A stretch of 64,000 nt of DNA from Eledone cirrhosa (lineage: Eukaryota): positions 296,918,001 to 296,982,000 of the forward strand of contig OZ024741.1 in the NCBI GenBank assembly GCA_964016885.1. The letters are read 5' to 3'. The notes beneath the pieces were generated by a model. That model worked only from the letters and a program-made list of their open reading frames with translations, made no database searches and was not told where the DNA came from. The position numbers and the translations under genes were made by a program. Of this stretch, positions 1 to 12,289 are shown one piece after another. Each line of letters starts with the position of its first letter. The first letter of the stretch is position 1.

Positions 1-2377
1 AGGACTATCAAGTGGCCAGGAGGGAAGCTAGGAGACAAGTGTACTTAGCAAGAAGGGAAGCTGAGGAAAGAAAGTTCAAGCATGTTCTACAACGCGATGA
101 CCAAAAACGTGAGGTGTTCAGGATTGCTAGGCAATGCGTCAAGGAAAACCGTGATATTGTCGGGGAGAAGTGTGTACTAAACGACGATGGCACACTTGCC
201 ATCACCGACGCTGATGAGAAGGTAGCTTGGAAGTGTCACTATGAAAGGCTTCTAAATGAGGAGAATAATTGGGAGAAAGGCAGTCTCCCCCATATCGACC
301 CAATAGAGGGACCAGCAGTGTTAGTCGAGGGGAGTATAATAAGTAAGGCAATCAAGGATATGAAGACTGGTAAGGCGGCTGGGCCTTCGGAAATAGTTGC
401 TGAGATGCTGAAGGCATCTGGCACGGTGGGACACACCATGGTCACCCGCATAGTTAACCAAGTCGTACAGAATGGGGTTGTTCCGAAGGACTGGCATAGC
501 AGCATCATCGTTAACTGTTATAAGGGTAAAGGAGACGCCCTAGATAGGAGTAACTATAGAGACATTAAATTAATCGACCAGGTCATGAAGGTCACGGAAA
601 GAGTAATAGCGCAACTAATCAGAGAGAGAATTGACCTAGATGAAATGCAGTTCGGGTTTGTGTCAGGCAAAAGTACCACAGACGCTCTTTTCATAGTACG
701 ACAACTACAGGAGAAGTACCTAGCTAAAGGTAAACCCCTCTACTTAGCTTTTGTCGACTTGGAGAAAGCCTTCGACAGAGTCCCCCGCTCCATTATCTGG
801 TGGGCTCTTAGAAAACTAGGCGTTGACGAATGGCTTGTGAGGGCTATACAAGCCATGTATAAAGAAACAGTCAGCAAGGTTAGAATTAACAACGAATATA
901 GTGAAGAGTTTAGCGTAAAAGTTGGCGTCCATCAGGGCTCTGTTCTCAGTCCACTACTATTTATTATTGCCCTTCAGGCTATAACAGAGGAGTTCAAGAC
1001 AGGCTGCCCATGGGAACTCCTATACGCAGACGACCTGACACTCATAGCGGAATCAATGGCCGAGCTAGAGAAGAAATTCCAAACATGGAAGCACGGCCTA
1101 GAGTCAAAAGGACTTAAAATTAACCTGGCTAAGACCAAAGTGCTAGTTTGTAGGAAAGAAAACAAGGCGGCGGTCCCTTCTGGGAAATGGTCGTGCTCGG
1201 TGTGTAGGAAAGGCGTAGGTAGAAACTCCATTTTATGTCCTAAATGCAAAGTATGGGTGCATAAAAGATGTAGTGGGATCACAGGTAAGCTAACTAAGAA
1301 CATAGATTTTACATGTGGCCGGTGCTCTGGTGCAATAAGTAGCAGCAAGTGCCCACAAACTACTAGCTCTTTCAATTGCGCAGAGGGTTCTATAGAAATA
1401 GTGGACAGCTTCCGTTACCTGGGCGATAAAATCAGCAGTGGGGGAGGGTGCTCTGAAAGTACTGTAGCTAGAGTCAGAACTGGTTGGAAAAAGTTCAGAG
1501 AGCTTATACCACTATTAGCTGCTAAAGGGTTCTCACTAAAAATGAAAGGCAGGTTGTACGATGCCTGCATACGAACAGCAATGCTGCATGGCAGTGAGAC
1601 CTGGGCATTGTGTGCAGAGGATATACGCAGACTAGAGAGGAACGAAGCTTGCATGCTCCGCTGGATGTGTAACAGTAATATACGTGAACGGCAAAGCATA
1701 AACGAACTAAGGAAAAAATTAGAGATAAGAGGGATCAGATGTTGTTTACTCGAGAGAAGGCTACGTTGGTATGGACACGTGATGCGCATGAAAGTCGATA
1801 GCTGTATAACAAAGTGCAGGGCAATAAAGATAGACGGTAGTCACGGAATAGGCAGACCTAGAAAAACCTGGGACGAGCTGATAAACTCCGACATCACACA
1901 CTTACACCTCTCCAAGACAATGTCACTGGACCGAGACCTTTGGCGGTACTCAGTAACAGAGAAGACCCGCCTTACCTAAATATATAGTAAAACCTACTCC
2001 AGCCAGTAGGCATCTCTAACAAAATACACCCCGTCCCACCACCCCCACCCCCACCCGATCCACACCACCCCGTTCTATGTAAAGTTATGTTGGTGCCGCG
2101 CCTTCGAGGCCGAAACAAATGAGATCGTGTAGGTGTCACGACAAAAAAACACACAGTCCACGCTGTAATGTGGCCGTGTAGGCAACACGGTAAAAACCTC
2201 CCAGACCCACACTGTAAATGTGGTTGGTGTTAGGAAGGGCATCCAACTGTAGAAAACCTGCCAGACAGTCCTATGCGAGCAAGACAATCACTCTTGCCTC
2301 AAGTGGGACTACCCCCGTCCAAACCCATGCAAGCGTGGAACACGGACGTTAAACGTTGATGATGATGATGATGATGA
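1..2377 (+). mobile_element. RTE/RTEX-clade LINE, 3' portion (5' end outside window): RT ORF, 3' UTR, (GAT)n tail
   Basis: ORF to 1979 with non-LTR RT motifs (KGDALDRSNYRDIKL, QFGF, FVDLEKAFDRV, GVHQGSVLSPLLF, LLYADD) and RTE-type C-terminus ([18 protein letters not shown]). 3' UTR ends ggacgttaaacgtt(gat)n at 2358-2377. Confidence 0.93.
12..1979 (+). CDS. LINE reverse transcriptase (N-terminally incomplete) with PHD-like Cys/His insert
   Basis: Uninterrupted 655-aa frame with YADD and a C-x2-C...C-x2-C-x4-H-x2-C...C-x2-C cluster at 1194-1325. Confidence 0.9.
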   Translation: MARREARRQVYLARREAEERKFKHVLQRDDQKREVFRIARQCVKENRDIVGEKCVLNDDGTLAITDADEKVAWKCHYERLLNEENNWEKGSLPHIDPIEGPAVLVEGSIISKAIKDMKTGKAAGPSEIVAEMLKASGTVGHTMVTRIVNQVVQNGVVPKDWHSSIIVNCYKGKGDALDRSNYRDIKLIDQVMKVTERVIAQLIRERIDLDEMQFGFVSGKSTTDALFIVRQLQEKYLAKGKPLYLAFVDLEKAFDRVPRSIIWWALRKLGVDEWLVRAIQAMYKETVSKVRINNEYSEEFSVKVGVHQGSVLSPLLFIIALQAITEEFKTGCPWELLYADDLTLIAESMAELEKKFQTWKHGLESKGLKINLAKTKVLVCRKENKAAVPSGKWSCSVCRKGVGRNSILCPKCKVWVHKRCSGITGKLTKNIDFTCGRCSGAISSSKCPQTTSSFNCAEGSIEIVDSFRYLGDKISSGGGCSESTVARVRTGWKKFRELIPLLAAKGFSLKMKGRLYDACIRTAMLHGSETWALCAEDIRRLERNEACMLRWMCNSNIRERQSINELRKKLEIRGIRCCLLERRLRWYGHVMRMKVDSCITKCRAIKIDGSHGIGRPRKTWDELINSDITHLHLSKTMSLDRDLWRYSVTEKTRLT

Positions 2378-2520
2378 TAAGTCTCACTTTGATCATGTCA
2401 AAGCGACATCAGTAACTATGTGAGAACCCAAATATTACAGGGATGCTCAGTTCTTTGAGGACACATCTTTTAATAGTTCTAAATTTTTTCTAACTTGTTC
2501 TGAGATCAAGCTAACTCTGC

Positions 2521-3046
2521 ATATGAAAAGGCACACTAATTGTTCCCTTAAAGACAGACTATAGTGATTTAGAGATTGCTCACTTCTTGAAAGTTGCACA
2601 GTTATTTGTTGTCAAAGTCACAAAGAGCTGGAAGCCACTGGCAGGAATTCTGCAGCAGCAGCCAAACGTAAAACACCGACTAATGGTCCAATATCATCAG
2701 ACACCCAAATTTATACAAAAGGTGCAGAAAATTGTCAATAAGAAGCCCAGAAAATCATTTAGCGTCATTGTTAAGAAGCTTAAGGTTTCAAGGTACACTA
2801 TCAGAAGAGTTATGCTTGAGGACTTTCAATACAAGTCATATATGATGCAGAAAGGCCAATTCATTCTGCAAAGACAATAGATAACTGTCTGATCTGTGCA
2901 AAGTGCTTGTTAAGTAAGTTGAAATATCAAAAGCTTGCAATGCTTTGGTTTTTCTCTAATGAGAAAAACTTTGATCAGATCTAAAAGGTCACCCAAAAGA
3001 ATGACAGATGGTTATGCAGAAACCCTAAAGATGTTCCACTGGTCAT
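2521..3046 (+). pseudogene. Degenerate Tc1/mariner-superfamily transposase fragment
   Basis: HTH-like segment (KVQKIVNKKPRKS..IVKKLKVSRYTIRRV..ED..YKSY), followed across stops by WFFSNEKNF..NDRWL, resembling the first catalytic FSDEK motif. Ends at a (TG)n tract. Confidence 0.7.
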
Positions 3047-3099
3047 ATGTGTGTGTATGTGTGTGTGTGTGTGTGCGTCTATTTGTGTGTTTATAAATA

Positions 3100-3720
3100 A
3101 AAATGTTTCCTGGTTGTTTTGTGGTTTTACTTCTTTAGGTAGTCTCAGGTTGCAGATAATTAGATGGTGATTAGTCGACAGCTCAGCCCCTCTCTTAACA
3201 CAAATATCCAGCACAGAATCAACGAGATCAGAGACAATAAAAAATCCATTACTGACCTCTGTTCCTGATTTTCCTTATACCATGTACACATATTCATGTC
3301 TTTGTGCAGAAAGAAGGTGTTCATGTTAAAGCACACATTACTAGAACAGAAGTCTAATAAGGCCTCTCCATTCATATTTAGATTTGGATCACTGTTCCTT
3401 CCAATCACTCCTTTCTATGTCAGGTTATCAATGAAAAGACATGCATTGAAGTTTTCCATTAGGATATATGACTCGGTCTTAATTACATCCAATGATGCAG
3501 TGCTTTCATCAAGGAAGGATTTGTATTTAAATTCTCTGTTTGGTCCAAAAGCTTGCACCACCCAAAGAGAGGTCATTTCTGGCACCACACTTGTATAATT
3601 GAGTTTCGACCCTCCATCCAAATCTACAGTACCAGAGCCATAAAACTTTATTGAGGAAAGCCTGACTATATCTACCCAGTAACATCTGGCCTTCTCTACT
3701 AGTTCCTGCTCCTTACTTGA
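3100..3720 (-). pseudogene. Degenerate APE-endonuclease region of a LINE
   Basis: Broken frames read ENFNA, NMNGEALLDFC, NTFFLHK, CTWY, RSVMDF, RGAELSTNHHLI, matching APE-EN motifs. Confidence 0.7.
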
Positions 3721-4134
3721 TCAATTAGAGATGGTTGCTTCTGAGCAGACCCTCAGGTATGCATGTATGAAGACTTCCCCCTTGACCCTCCTAGAAAAAG
3801 TGGCTGATGAAGAGAAGATGATACCAAACCTCTCTGGAATAACCGCTATGCTTCAGTAAACTATTTAGTTGCCTATGCAATTGTTGTATTTGATGGCATA
3901 CAAGAACCTCAAGTATATTAAGACCTTCCCCCTCATTTTACAAGAAAAGGTTATATGATATTACAGCCCAGCATTTAATGTTATTAAAATATGTATCTTA
4001 GAAGACCTGGATAATATTTTAGAGCCCTATTTTTTTAATTAAAAAACAGAAGAATGGTTATCTTATATGCCACCAAACAGGGTCCTTACAAATACATTTG
4101 ATGCAAACAAAACAAAACTTATTTGATAACTCAT

Positions 4135-4363
4135 TTAACCCTTTAGAATTTAAACCAACCATATCCAGCCAGAATTTTTTCACTTTTTTCTGTTCAAGCT
4201 GATCATAATTGGCTGCTCATACCAACATTAAGGTATTGTTTTCAAAATAAATAATATCAAAATCTCAAAGATTCAATATTATGTAAGATAATTATGTGAG
4301 ATAAAGCCTTTTCTGTGAAAATACAACTGTAAATATAGAGTAATGTGAATGCTAAAGGGTTAA
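4135..4363. mobile_element. piggyBac-like MITE
   Basis: TTAA-ccctttag ... ctaaaggg-TTAA termini. Internal sequence recurs inverted at 13969-14184 and partly at about 41080-41162. Confidence 0.7.
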
Positions 4364-4399
4364 GTTGTCCTGAGAAACCTATATAACCCATGAAGTTCC

Positions 4400-4557
4400 T
4401 GGAATCAAAACAGGTGTATATATATTTTTTTTAAACATTATCTTTTAGATTATTTGGTGTAGGTAATTTTGTTTTTTTCTCATTAAGTGATTTCATTGGT
4501 TTCTCAGTTATATGGGAACAACACAGGTGCAACTCAACACTAAATTTCTTATATAAA
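4400..4557 (+). promoter_or_regulatory. Candidate promoter: two TC-box/E-box composites and a TATA box
   Basis: TGGAAT-caaaa-CAGGTG (4400-4416), TGGGAA-caaca-CAGGTG (4513-4529), TATATAAA (4550-4557), in sequence with no recognisable repeat. Confidence 0.5.
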
Positions 4558-4574
4558 CAGCTTCATTCTTCAGT

Positions 4575-4602
4575 TTCAACTATTCATACTTGATACAGTT
4601 CA
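4575..4602 (+). other. Candidate non-coding first exon of the secreted-peptide gene (start approximate)
   Basis: Starts about 25-35 nt after the TATA start, with Inr-like TCAGTT/TCATAC nearby, and ends at a consensus donor GTAAGT (4603-4608). The acceptor 2 nt before ATG 13092 requires an upstream exon. Confidence 0.45.
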
Positions 4603-4893
4603 GTAAGTTTTGTTTTCAGTACATTTGTTTATTTGTTTGTTTCTTTGCTTGTTTTTTTTTGTTGTTGTTGTTGTTTTGTTTTGTTTTGGAACTCTTTTGA
4701 TACCAAACTGCCTTTTGATACCACTCTAAAAACCTTCCATGAGAATTTTATGTAAGAACATTTGTGAAGTTGTCTCAAATATCAACTTAATAATGGGAAA
4801 GTATATGATTTTACTAACTCTCCCAATTCTTGATTATTTTCAAAATCATTTGAAAATTACGGGCATTAGAAATATGGTAAAAAAAGGGTTTCA

Positions 4894-4896
<3 letters not shown>

Positions 4897-4953
<57 letters not shown>

Positions 4954-5041
4954 ATATATACATATATATATAAATATATATATATACATATATATATAAA
5001 TATATATATATACATATATATAAATATATAATAATAATAAT

Positions 5042-5074
<33 letters not shown>
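4897..5074. repeat. (CT)n/(TA)n/(TAA)n compound microsatellite
   Basis: Directly visible. Confidence 0.95.
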
Positions 5075-5078
<4 letters not shown>

Positions 5079-7234
5079 TGAATAAAATAACAGGAGGCTG
5101 GACTGGTGTAAATCCTTGAAAAGTTTATTATACTATGATCATTTCAATGACCGGGTTCCGTATGAATCCGGTGATATCATCAGGTATTCGAAATATAATA
5201 AAGGAATATATAAAAATCCATAGGTCCAAAAATCAGAGACAGAGAGGACAACTGACCAACTAGCTGTTTTCACCTCGGTCAGTCGCCCTCAAGTGATGGC
5301 TATTCGGTCTACTAATGACCATCTGGTGAAGAGGCGAAGGCTTATAGTGTACTACCACCTCTCCGTCAAAGAATAAAAAAAAGAGAAGAAAGAAAGAAGA
5401 AAAGTCAGCGTAAGGGTCACACTACAGTCAGGCAAGAAAACGGCGCGAAAAATGTTATTCCAAAGAACCTATATTTTAACAAAGGCATATATAATGGGTG
5501 TCTCTATGGTCAAATGTGTGAACAGAAAATTGGAACGTTAACTTATGTTAAGAGTTAAAGGATGAAATTAAATTAAAAGTTAAAAAAATTAATTTGTCGG
5601 GAATATTCGGATTCCGACAAAATTCTACATATTATACTTAAAACATGTATTGTATTGACTGAACTTTCTACTCTATACCTCAGGACTTTTGTGATTCACA
5701 CTGAGTTCTGGGACCCGAACTTACACTAAGTACCACCCGATACCTTTCCATCTCTTCCATCCTCTATATCTATATGTATAACCTTGTATTATCTTACTGC
5801 AACTTGATCTATTTTGTATTTCCCCTTTGCTTTGATTCCTCCGATATGTTCTTATATACTTCCTCCGTCTCACTACATCACTACCCTAGCTATGACGGCG
5901 TTTTATTTATTTATGTATTTTACTTTTTACTTTATTAATGTATCTTTGTATCCTGCTTTTATTTATTTGTGATTTTCTGCTTATTATTCCTTACTCAGGT
6001 GTTTATGCACCTTTCATAGTTCCCTACCCACCAAAGAACCACACTACTTATAACCCGGACTAACTGTAACTTAAAAATAATTATAGTCTATTTTCATTGG
6101 GTTTTACCACTTTCGACTGATGTGGTGGCTTTCCCGGTTGTGCGCCGGGCGCTCGGAAAGTTCAGCCTTCCTTGAGTGCTTGGAAAAATAAATTTCCCCT
6201 CTTTCGGTAAATGAAATTACTCGGAACAGTTGGATTTGCCCCGGGGCCCGCCGCGCCGCCTGTTTTGACCGCCATATTATACTTATACCTATAAACCCTG
6301 GGCTTAGGCATAACTGTTAGCTGGCACGTAAATAAACCCCTCCTGTGTGAATTAATAGTATTCGTTTGGTATAGACGATAGCCTGTCGAAGATGGTAGAT
6401 TTCCTGCCAGCACACCCGAGGCCTATGGCAGTAACGTTCCTAGAGTACTCGGAAAAATTAATTTCCATTTCTTTCGCTGGACGATACAACTCGAAACTGG
6501 CTGACACGTGGTTAGGAGGTGCTGGCTGGTATTCACAATCGAAGGCTTTAATCTTTACTCTATATCCCACCTTGATAACTTATAGGGATTCCCAATAATA
6601 CACTTAAACTTTTTCATATAAGACTCTCTCTGTAGTTTCATTAAATAAATGCCACAACACAAACTTTTAATTTTCTATTAATTTTCTAATTATTTTAAAA
6701 ATTTCTTTTAACTCTTAATTTTTTAAACTTTTAATTTAATTTCATCCTTTAACTCTTAACATAAGTTAACGTTCCAATTTTCTGTTCACACATTTGACCA
6801 TACAGACACCCATTATATATGCCTTTATTAAAATATAGGTTCTTTGGAATAACATTTTTTGCACCATTTTCTTGCCTGACTGTAGTGTGACCCTTACGCT
6901 GACTTTTCTTCTTTCTTTCTTCTCTTTTTTTTATTCTTTGACGGAGAGGTGGTAGTACACTATAAGCCTTCGCCTCTTCACCAGATGGTCATTAGTAGAC
7001 CAAATAGCCATCACTTGGGGGCAACTGACCGAGGTGAAAACAGCTAGTTGGTCAGTCGTACTCTCTGTCTCTGATTTTCGGACCCATGGATTTTTATATA
7101 TTCCTTTGTTATATTTCGAATACCTGATGATATCACCAGATTCATACGAAACCCGGTCATTGAAATGATCATCGTATAATAAACTTTTCAAGGATTTACA
7201 CCAGTCCAGCCTCCTGTTATTTTATTCATAATAA
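5074..7234. repeat. Long inverted repeat (about 520-bp arms at 5074-5595 and 6716-7234, about 1.1-kb spacer), probable Penelope-like pLTR relic
   Basis: Arms are near-identical reverse complements. Each has a hammerhead-like CTGATGA...G(A/G)AAC motif followed by AATAAA. Confidence 0.85.
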
Positions 7235-7369
7235 TTAACTCCGTATTCGCACCACCAACTACACAAACGAAGACGCGTGAACTGCATTACGTTGAGTACT
7301 TTCCATAATATTGGATCAAGATTGACCATACGTAATGACCAATTCTATCCGGTGGTGAACCAACAAACC

Positions 7370-7371
<2 letters not shown>

Positions 7372-7452
<81 letters not shown>
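7372..7452. repeat. (TA)n microsatellite
   Basis: Directly visible. Confidence 0.97.
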
Positions 7453-7454
<2 letters not shown>

Positions 7455-8058
7455 TCGAGAGAAGGCTACGTTGGTATGGTCATGTGATGCGCATGAAAGA
7501 CGACAGCTGTATAACAAAGTGCAGGGCAATAAAGATAGACGGTAGCTACGGAGTAGGCAGACCCAGAAAAACCTGGGACGAGCTGATAAATTCGGACCTC
7601 ATACACTTACACCTCTCCAAGACAATGTCACTGGACCGAGACCTTTGGCGGTACTCAGTAATAGAGAAGACCCGCCTTACCTAAATACAAAGTAAAATCT
7701 ACTACAGTCAGTAGGCATCTCTAACAAAATACACCCCCGCTCCATCCACACCGCCCCTTTCAATGTAAAGTTATGTTGGTGCCACAACATCCAGGCCGAA
7801 ACAAATGAGATCGTGTAAGTGTCACGACAAAAAACACACAGTCCACGCTGTAATGTGGCCGTGTAGGCAACACGGTAAAAACCTCCCAGACCCACACTGT
7901 AAATGTGGTTGGTGTTAGGAAGGGCATCCAGCTGTAGAAAACCTGCCAGACAGTCCTATGCGAGCAAGACAATCACTCTTGCCTCAAGTGGGAAAACCCC
8001 CGTCCAAACCCATGCAAGCGTGGAACACGGACGTTAAACGATGATGATGATGATGATG
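7453..8058 (+). mobile_element. 5'-truncated copy of the RTE LINE at 1-2377
   Basis: Aligns to about 1748-2377; (GAT)n tail; starts immediately after (TA)n. Confidence 0.9.
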
Positions 8059-8061
8059 ATA

Positions 8062-8574
8062 TTACACATTTGCACCTCTCTAAGACAATGTCACTGGACC
8101 TAGATCTTTGGTGCTACGCAGTAATACAGAAGACCCGCCTTGCCTATGTACAAAGCGAAACCTACAGTCAGTAGGCACCTCTTAATCAAATATACACCAC
8201 AATCCACTACCCTACCCTATCCCCCCACTCCCACCAACACCACCCCCTCTCTATAAAGTTGGTACCACAACATCCAGTCCAAATAAATGAGATAATGAGA
8301 TCGAGATTGTGTAGGTGTCACGACAAAAAACACACAGTCCACGCTGTAATGTGGTCGTGTAGGTAACATGGTCAAAAGTTCCCAGTTCCACACTGTAAAT
8401 GTGGTTGGTGTTAGGAAGGGCATCCAGCCGTAGAAAACCTGACAGATAGTCCTATATGAGCGAGACATGGTCACCCGACCAACCATGACTCAAATTGGGA
8501 CAACTCCCGTCTAACCCATGCTAGCGTGGAAAATGGACGTTAAACGAAGATGATGATGATGATGATGATGATGA
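8062..8574 (+). mobile_element. 5'-truncated RTE LINE, sister subfamily
   Basis: Matches about 40300-40783 closely; (GAT)n tail. Confidence 0.88.
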
Positions 8575-9015
8575 TATATATATACTAATTGTACTTGTTG
8601 AAAATCCAAACATTTTAGAGCAACTCAAGTCTGTATGAGTTATGATACACACAATCAATTTGCACTGCAAAGAATATGAGATGACTAAATTCCAGTCATT
8701 GAAACACGAATCCTATTAATTGTAAGTTCTCTGGATTCTTTGTAGTGTCAATTGATTATGTAAGATGGCCTACTGAATATGCACGTACGTTTTTTTTCTC
8801 CCCACTTTTTTTCTCTTTTCCTGCTCCATTCCTTTCTCTCGTCAATCTTTACTTTCTATTTATATATATTTATATATTTCTTCTATGTACTGTGTCGTTT
8901 GTTTTGTTATTTTTGTTATTTTTATTTACCTTTCACATATATATATATGTGTGTGTGTGTGTATTTCCTTTAAAATGTATTTTTGCTTGCAATGTTTACT
9001 TTTATTAGTATACTA

Positions 9016-9318
9016 CTAGACCACCTGACCCCCGTTGGGTCACGTTGACTTCAAAATATTTTTTTGAAATCACGCTCACTTAAAAATAATTTCTAAATAA
9101 TTAAAATATACACAGACATGTATATATTGTGATATGAAACTGGAAGGCCCATATATATATGTGTGTGTATGTGTATATATATATATAAATGTGTGTGTGT
9201 GTATACATATATATATATATATATGTGTATGTGTATATATATATATGTGTGTTGGTGTCTATGATCTATATACACTGGTCATAGACACACACACATATAT
9301 ATTTACACAACTCCATCA

Positions 9319-9391
<73 letters not shown>

Positions 9392-10216
9392 CTCCTTTTC
9401 TGTCTCCTTTTCTCTCCCTCTCTCTATTTCTCTCTTTCAATCTACTCTCTCATAACTACAATCTCTTTCTCTCTATCCTTCTCTCTCTCTATTTATGAAA
9501 GTACCCTGAAAAACGCCAATCTCGGGAACCCATGGTCCGGTTTACACAAAACTTGTTTTATTCCATTTGTATTCCTATTTCAGGCAACTTTCTTTCAAAG
9601 TATTTTCCCATTATGTCCCTTTTGGCTGTATTACATTACAGTCAAGCAAGCAATCACAGAATTTTAGTAATATACTAGATCATCCATGACCCGTTGGGTC
9701 ACGTTCTCTTAAAAATAATTTGTCTAGCAACCACCGTTAAGTAACAGCCGTACTAAGAGTGGGAAATGAAATTTCGTTTCATTTTTTCCGTTTATCGTTT
9801 TCGGTGCACCCGGCCGATTAACCCACTCGATATGCAAATTGGGCTTCTCAGCCGTTAATATGCATAAGGAAAGTATATACTTTCGAAAACTATCTGGCAG
9901 GAAGGTATACGTTGCTGACGATAGCTAACAAGCTTGAAACTAGTACAGCGTTCCTTTGTCAGTGTTGAACAAACGAGCAACGGTGGTTGCTAGACACTAC
10001 GGCTTAATACGGGATGTTTGTTTACAAACACACCGAGCATTATAATAAATGTTTGGTGAATCCATACGTACATATATATATATGTGTGTGCATGTATGTA
10101 TATATATATACATACTACTGTACGTCTGTATACATATATGTATGTACGTGTACATACTTATATTTAAGTAACAGCCGTACTAAGAGTGGGAAATGAAATT
10201 TCGTTTCATTTTTTCC

Positions 10217-10270
<54 letters not shown>

Positions 10271-10435
10271 ATGTCTGTGACCTATATACACTGGTCACAG
10301 ACACACAAACACACACACATATGTATAGACACACACACAAACACACTTAATAAGCCTTTCTATTTAGCAGGATACAGTAATGCTGTATTCATTTCTTTGA
10401 AGTCACCAGTTATAATTTCATTCAACAACACCACT

Positions 10436-10532
<97 letters not shown>

Positions 10533-10822
10533 AATCTCTCTTATCTATCTATCTATCTATCTTCCATTTTCCTTCTCTGTCTCTCTCTCTCTATGTCTCT
10601 TTTTCAATCTACTCTGTCCTTCTCTCTCTCTATTTATGAAGGTACCCTGAAAAACCCTGTATCTCGGGAACCCATGGTTCGATTTACGCGAAACTTGTTT
10701 TATTCCATTTGTATTTCCATTTCAGGGTCAACTTCTTTCAAAGTATTTTCCCATTATACGCCCTTTTGGTTGTATTACATTACAGGCAAGAAAGCAATCA
10801 CAGAGTTTTAGTAGTATATAGA
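9016..10822 (-). mobile_element. Two head-to-tail non-autonomous Helitron-like elements (about 9016-9672 and 9675-10822)
   Basis: Both start on + with ctag and a tgaccc..gggtca hairpin (Helitron 3' end on the minus strand), and share the terminal block 9480-9672 ~ 10620-10820. Confidence 0.65.
9721..9996. mobile_element. MITE-like insert with 18-bp perfect terminal inverted repeats
   Basis: tgtctagcaaccaccgtt (9721-9738) and aacggtggttgctagaca (9979-9996). Confidence 0.55.
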
Positions 10823-11060
10823 TAGATGCATAATTGTACCTACATATAATTTGTATAAATAGAGCTCTACAAAATATAGTTTCTTTAGCCTGTAATAAAA
10901 CATTCTATTTTATTGCTACTCCCTTTAATTAATTAAATTAATCTAGGTTGAGTTGATTATATTAGAGGATTTGGCCTACTTCTAGCTTCCCTATTAGCCA
11001 CTGGCTTCTTAAGTCAGACTGCAATATTTTCATTGCTAACAGCACATGGATTTTATATTT

Positions 11061-11958
11061 TATAGCAGTGGTACCTGGCGTTGCACTGGATAAGGTATTT
11101 TGGAACGCAGGCCGCCAACAGACCTAATCGTGGAAAAACTGCATGCATGGACAATATGTAAAGAAAATAAACCGAATACTCTGATGGCTGGATAATCTTT
11201 AAGATTTTCCTCGATGAAACAGGGAAAATGCAGGTTTCACCTAGGGGATCAAGAAAATGAAATTTTTTTATGTGCACAATATGCCTTGAAATTTCAGGAA
11301 AATCGGCTAAACGTAACCCCTCAAAAGAGCCCTAAAAAGCTGAAAAAATGAAGTTTTTCACCTAAAGTTGGATTTTCTTTGCTCACGGTATGAAGAAGAG
11401 ACTGACTAATACATAGTTAAAATTTCAATGAAATCGGTCAGATGTAACGCCTCAAAAAAACCCCTAAAAATCTGAAAAAAACGCAGTTTTTCACCTAATG
11501 CGGACCCTAGGGGATCAAAAAGTTGAATTTTTTATGTGCATAACACTCCCTGAAATATAAGTAATACACATGGAAAGTTTGAAAAAAGTCGGTTGGGTAC
11601 TTCTCGAGTTTTAGGGATTCAAACTCACAGGCACACATACACACACACAGATAGATATCCTCAGGGAAGTGACGTAATGCAGACAGCTAGACATACAGAC
11701 AGATATTATAAGGGCACGACGTTATATGTATGTATCTATCTAAAAAGAGAAAGACTAAGAATTATAGAGAAAGATCGCTAAATCGCCTAACGTGGTCCCT
11801 AGGGCATTGAAAATTTGAAATTTATTTTGCTCAGAACATTCCCTGAAACATAAGTATTACATATGTAAAGTTTGAAAACAGTCGGCTGGGTGCTTCTCGA
11901 GTTTTAGGGATTCAAACTCACACACACACAAACAGACATCCTCAGTTTTATATATAGA
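11061..11958 (-). mobile_element. Non-autonomous Helitron-like element, family A
   Basis: Homologous to 21001-21650. GC hairpin next to a degenerate CTAG end; opposite end cagttttatatataga. Confidence 0.7.
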
Positions 11959-12289
11959 GAGATAGTGTAAGCGCATCATTTTTGCTATGAGAGCTTTACT
12001 GTCTGAACATTTTAACAACATAAGGTAATTTTCACTTGAGTTTTTCTTGTAAAAGCTCTAATGTATGTTTTAAGACAATGCTTACTGATGATTTCGACAT
12101 ATTAATTACTGGTTAATTATCTTAATTAGTAATCTTCTTTGTCAAATGAAACTGAAAAGTATAAGCATATGTTTGTTGATAAAATTATATTTTTCTTTTA
12201 AAATATATTTTGCTTGCAATGCTTACTTTTAATATACCTGCTGTGAGCAGGGTACAGTGCAGCCAACTGGCCTGTTCCTCCTCAAAATG

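Noticed and set aside
239-1789. Antisense ORFs overlapping LINE and LTR ORFs (also at 24-28, 34-36, 47-49, 52-54 and 61-63 kb)
   Set aside because: Shadow frames of the retroelement coding strands.
6162-6598. Short ORFs in the inverted-repeat spacer
   Set aside because: No recognisable motifs or convincing splice signals.
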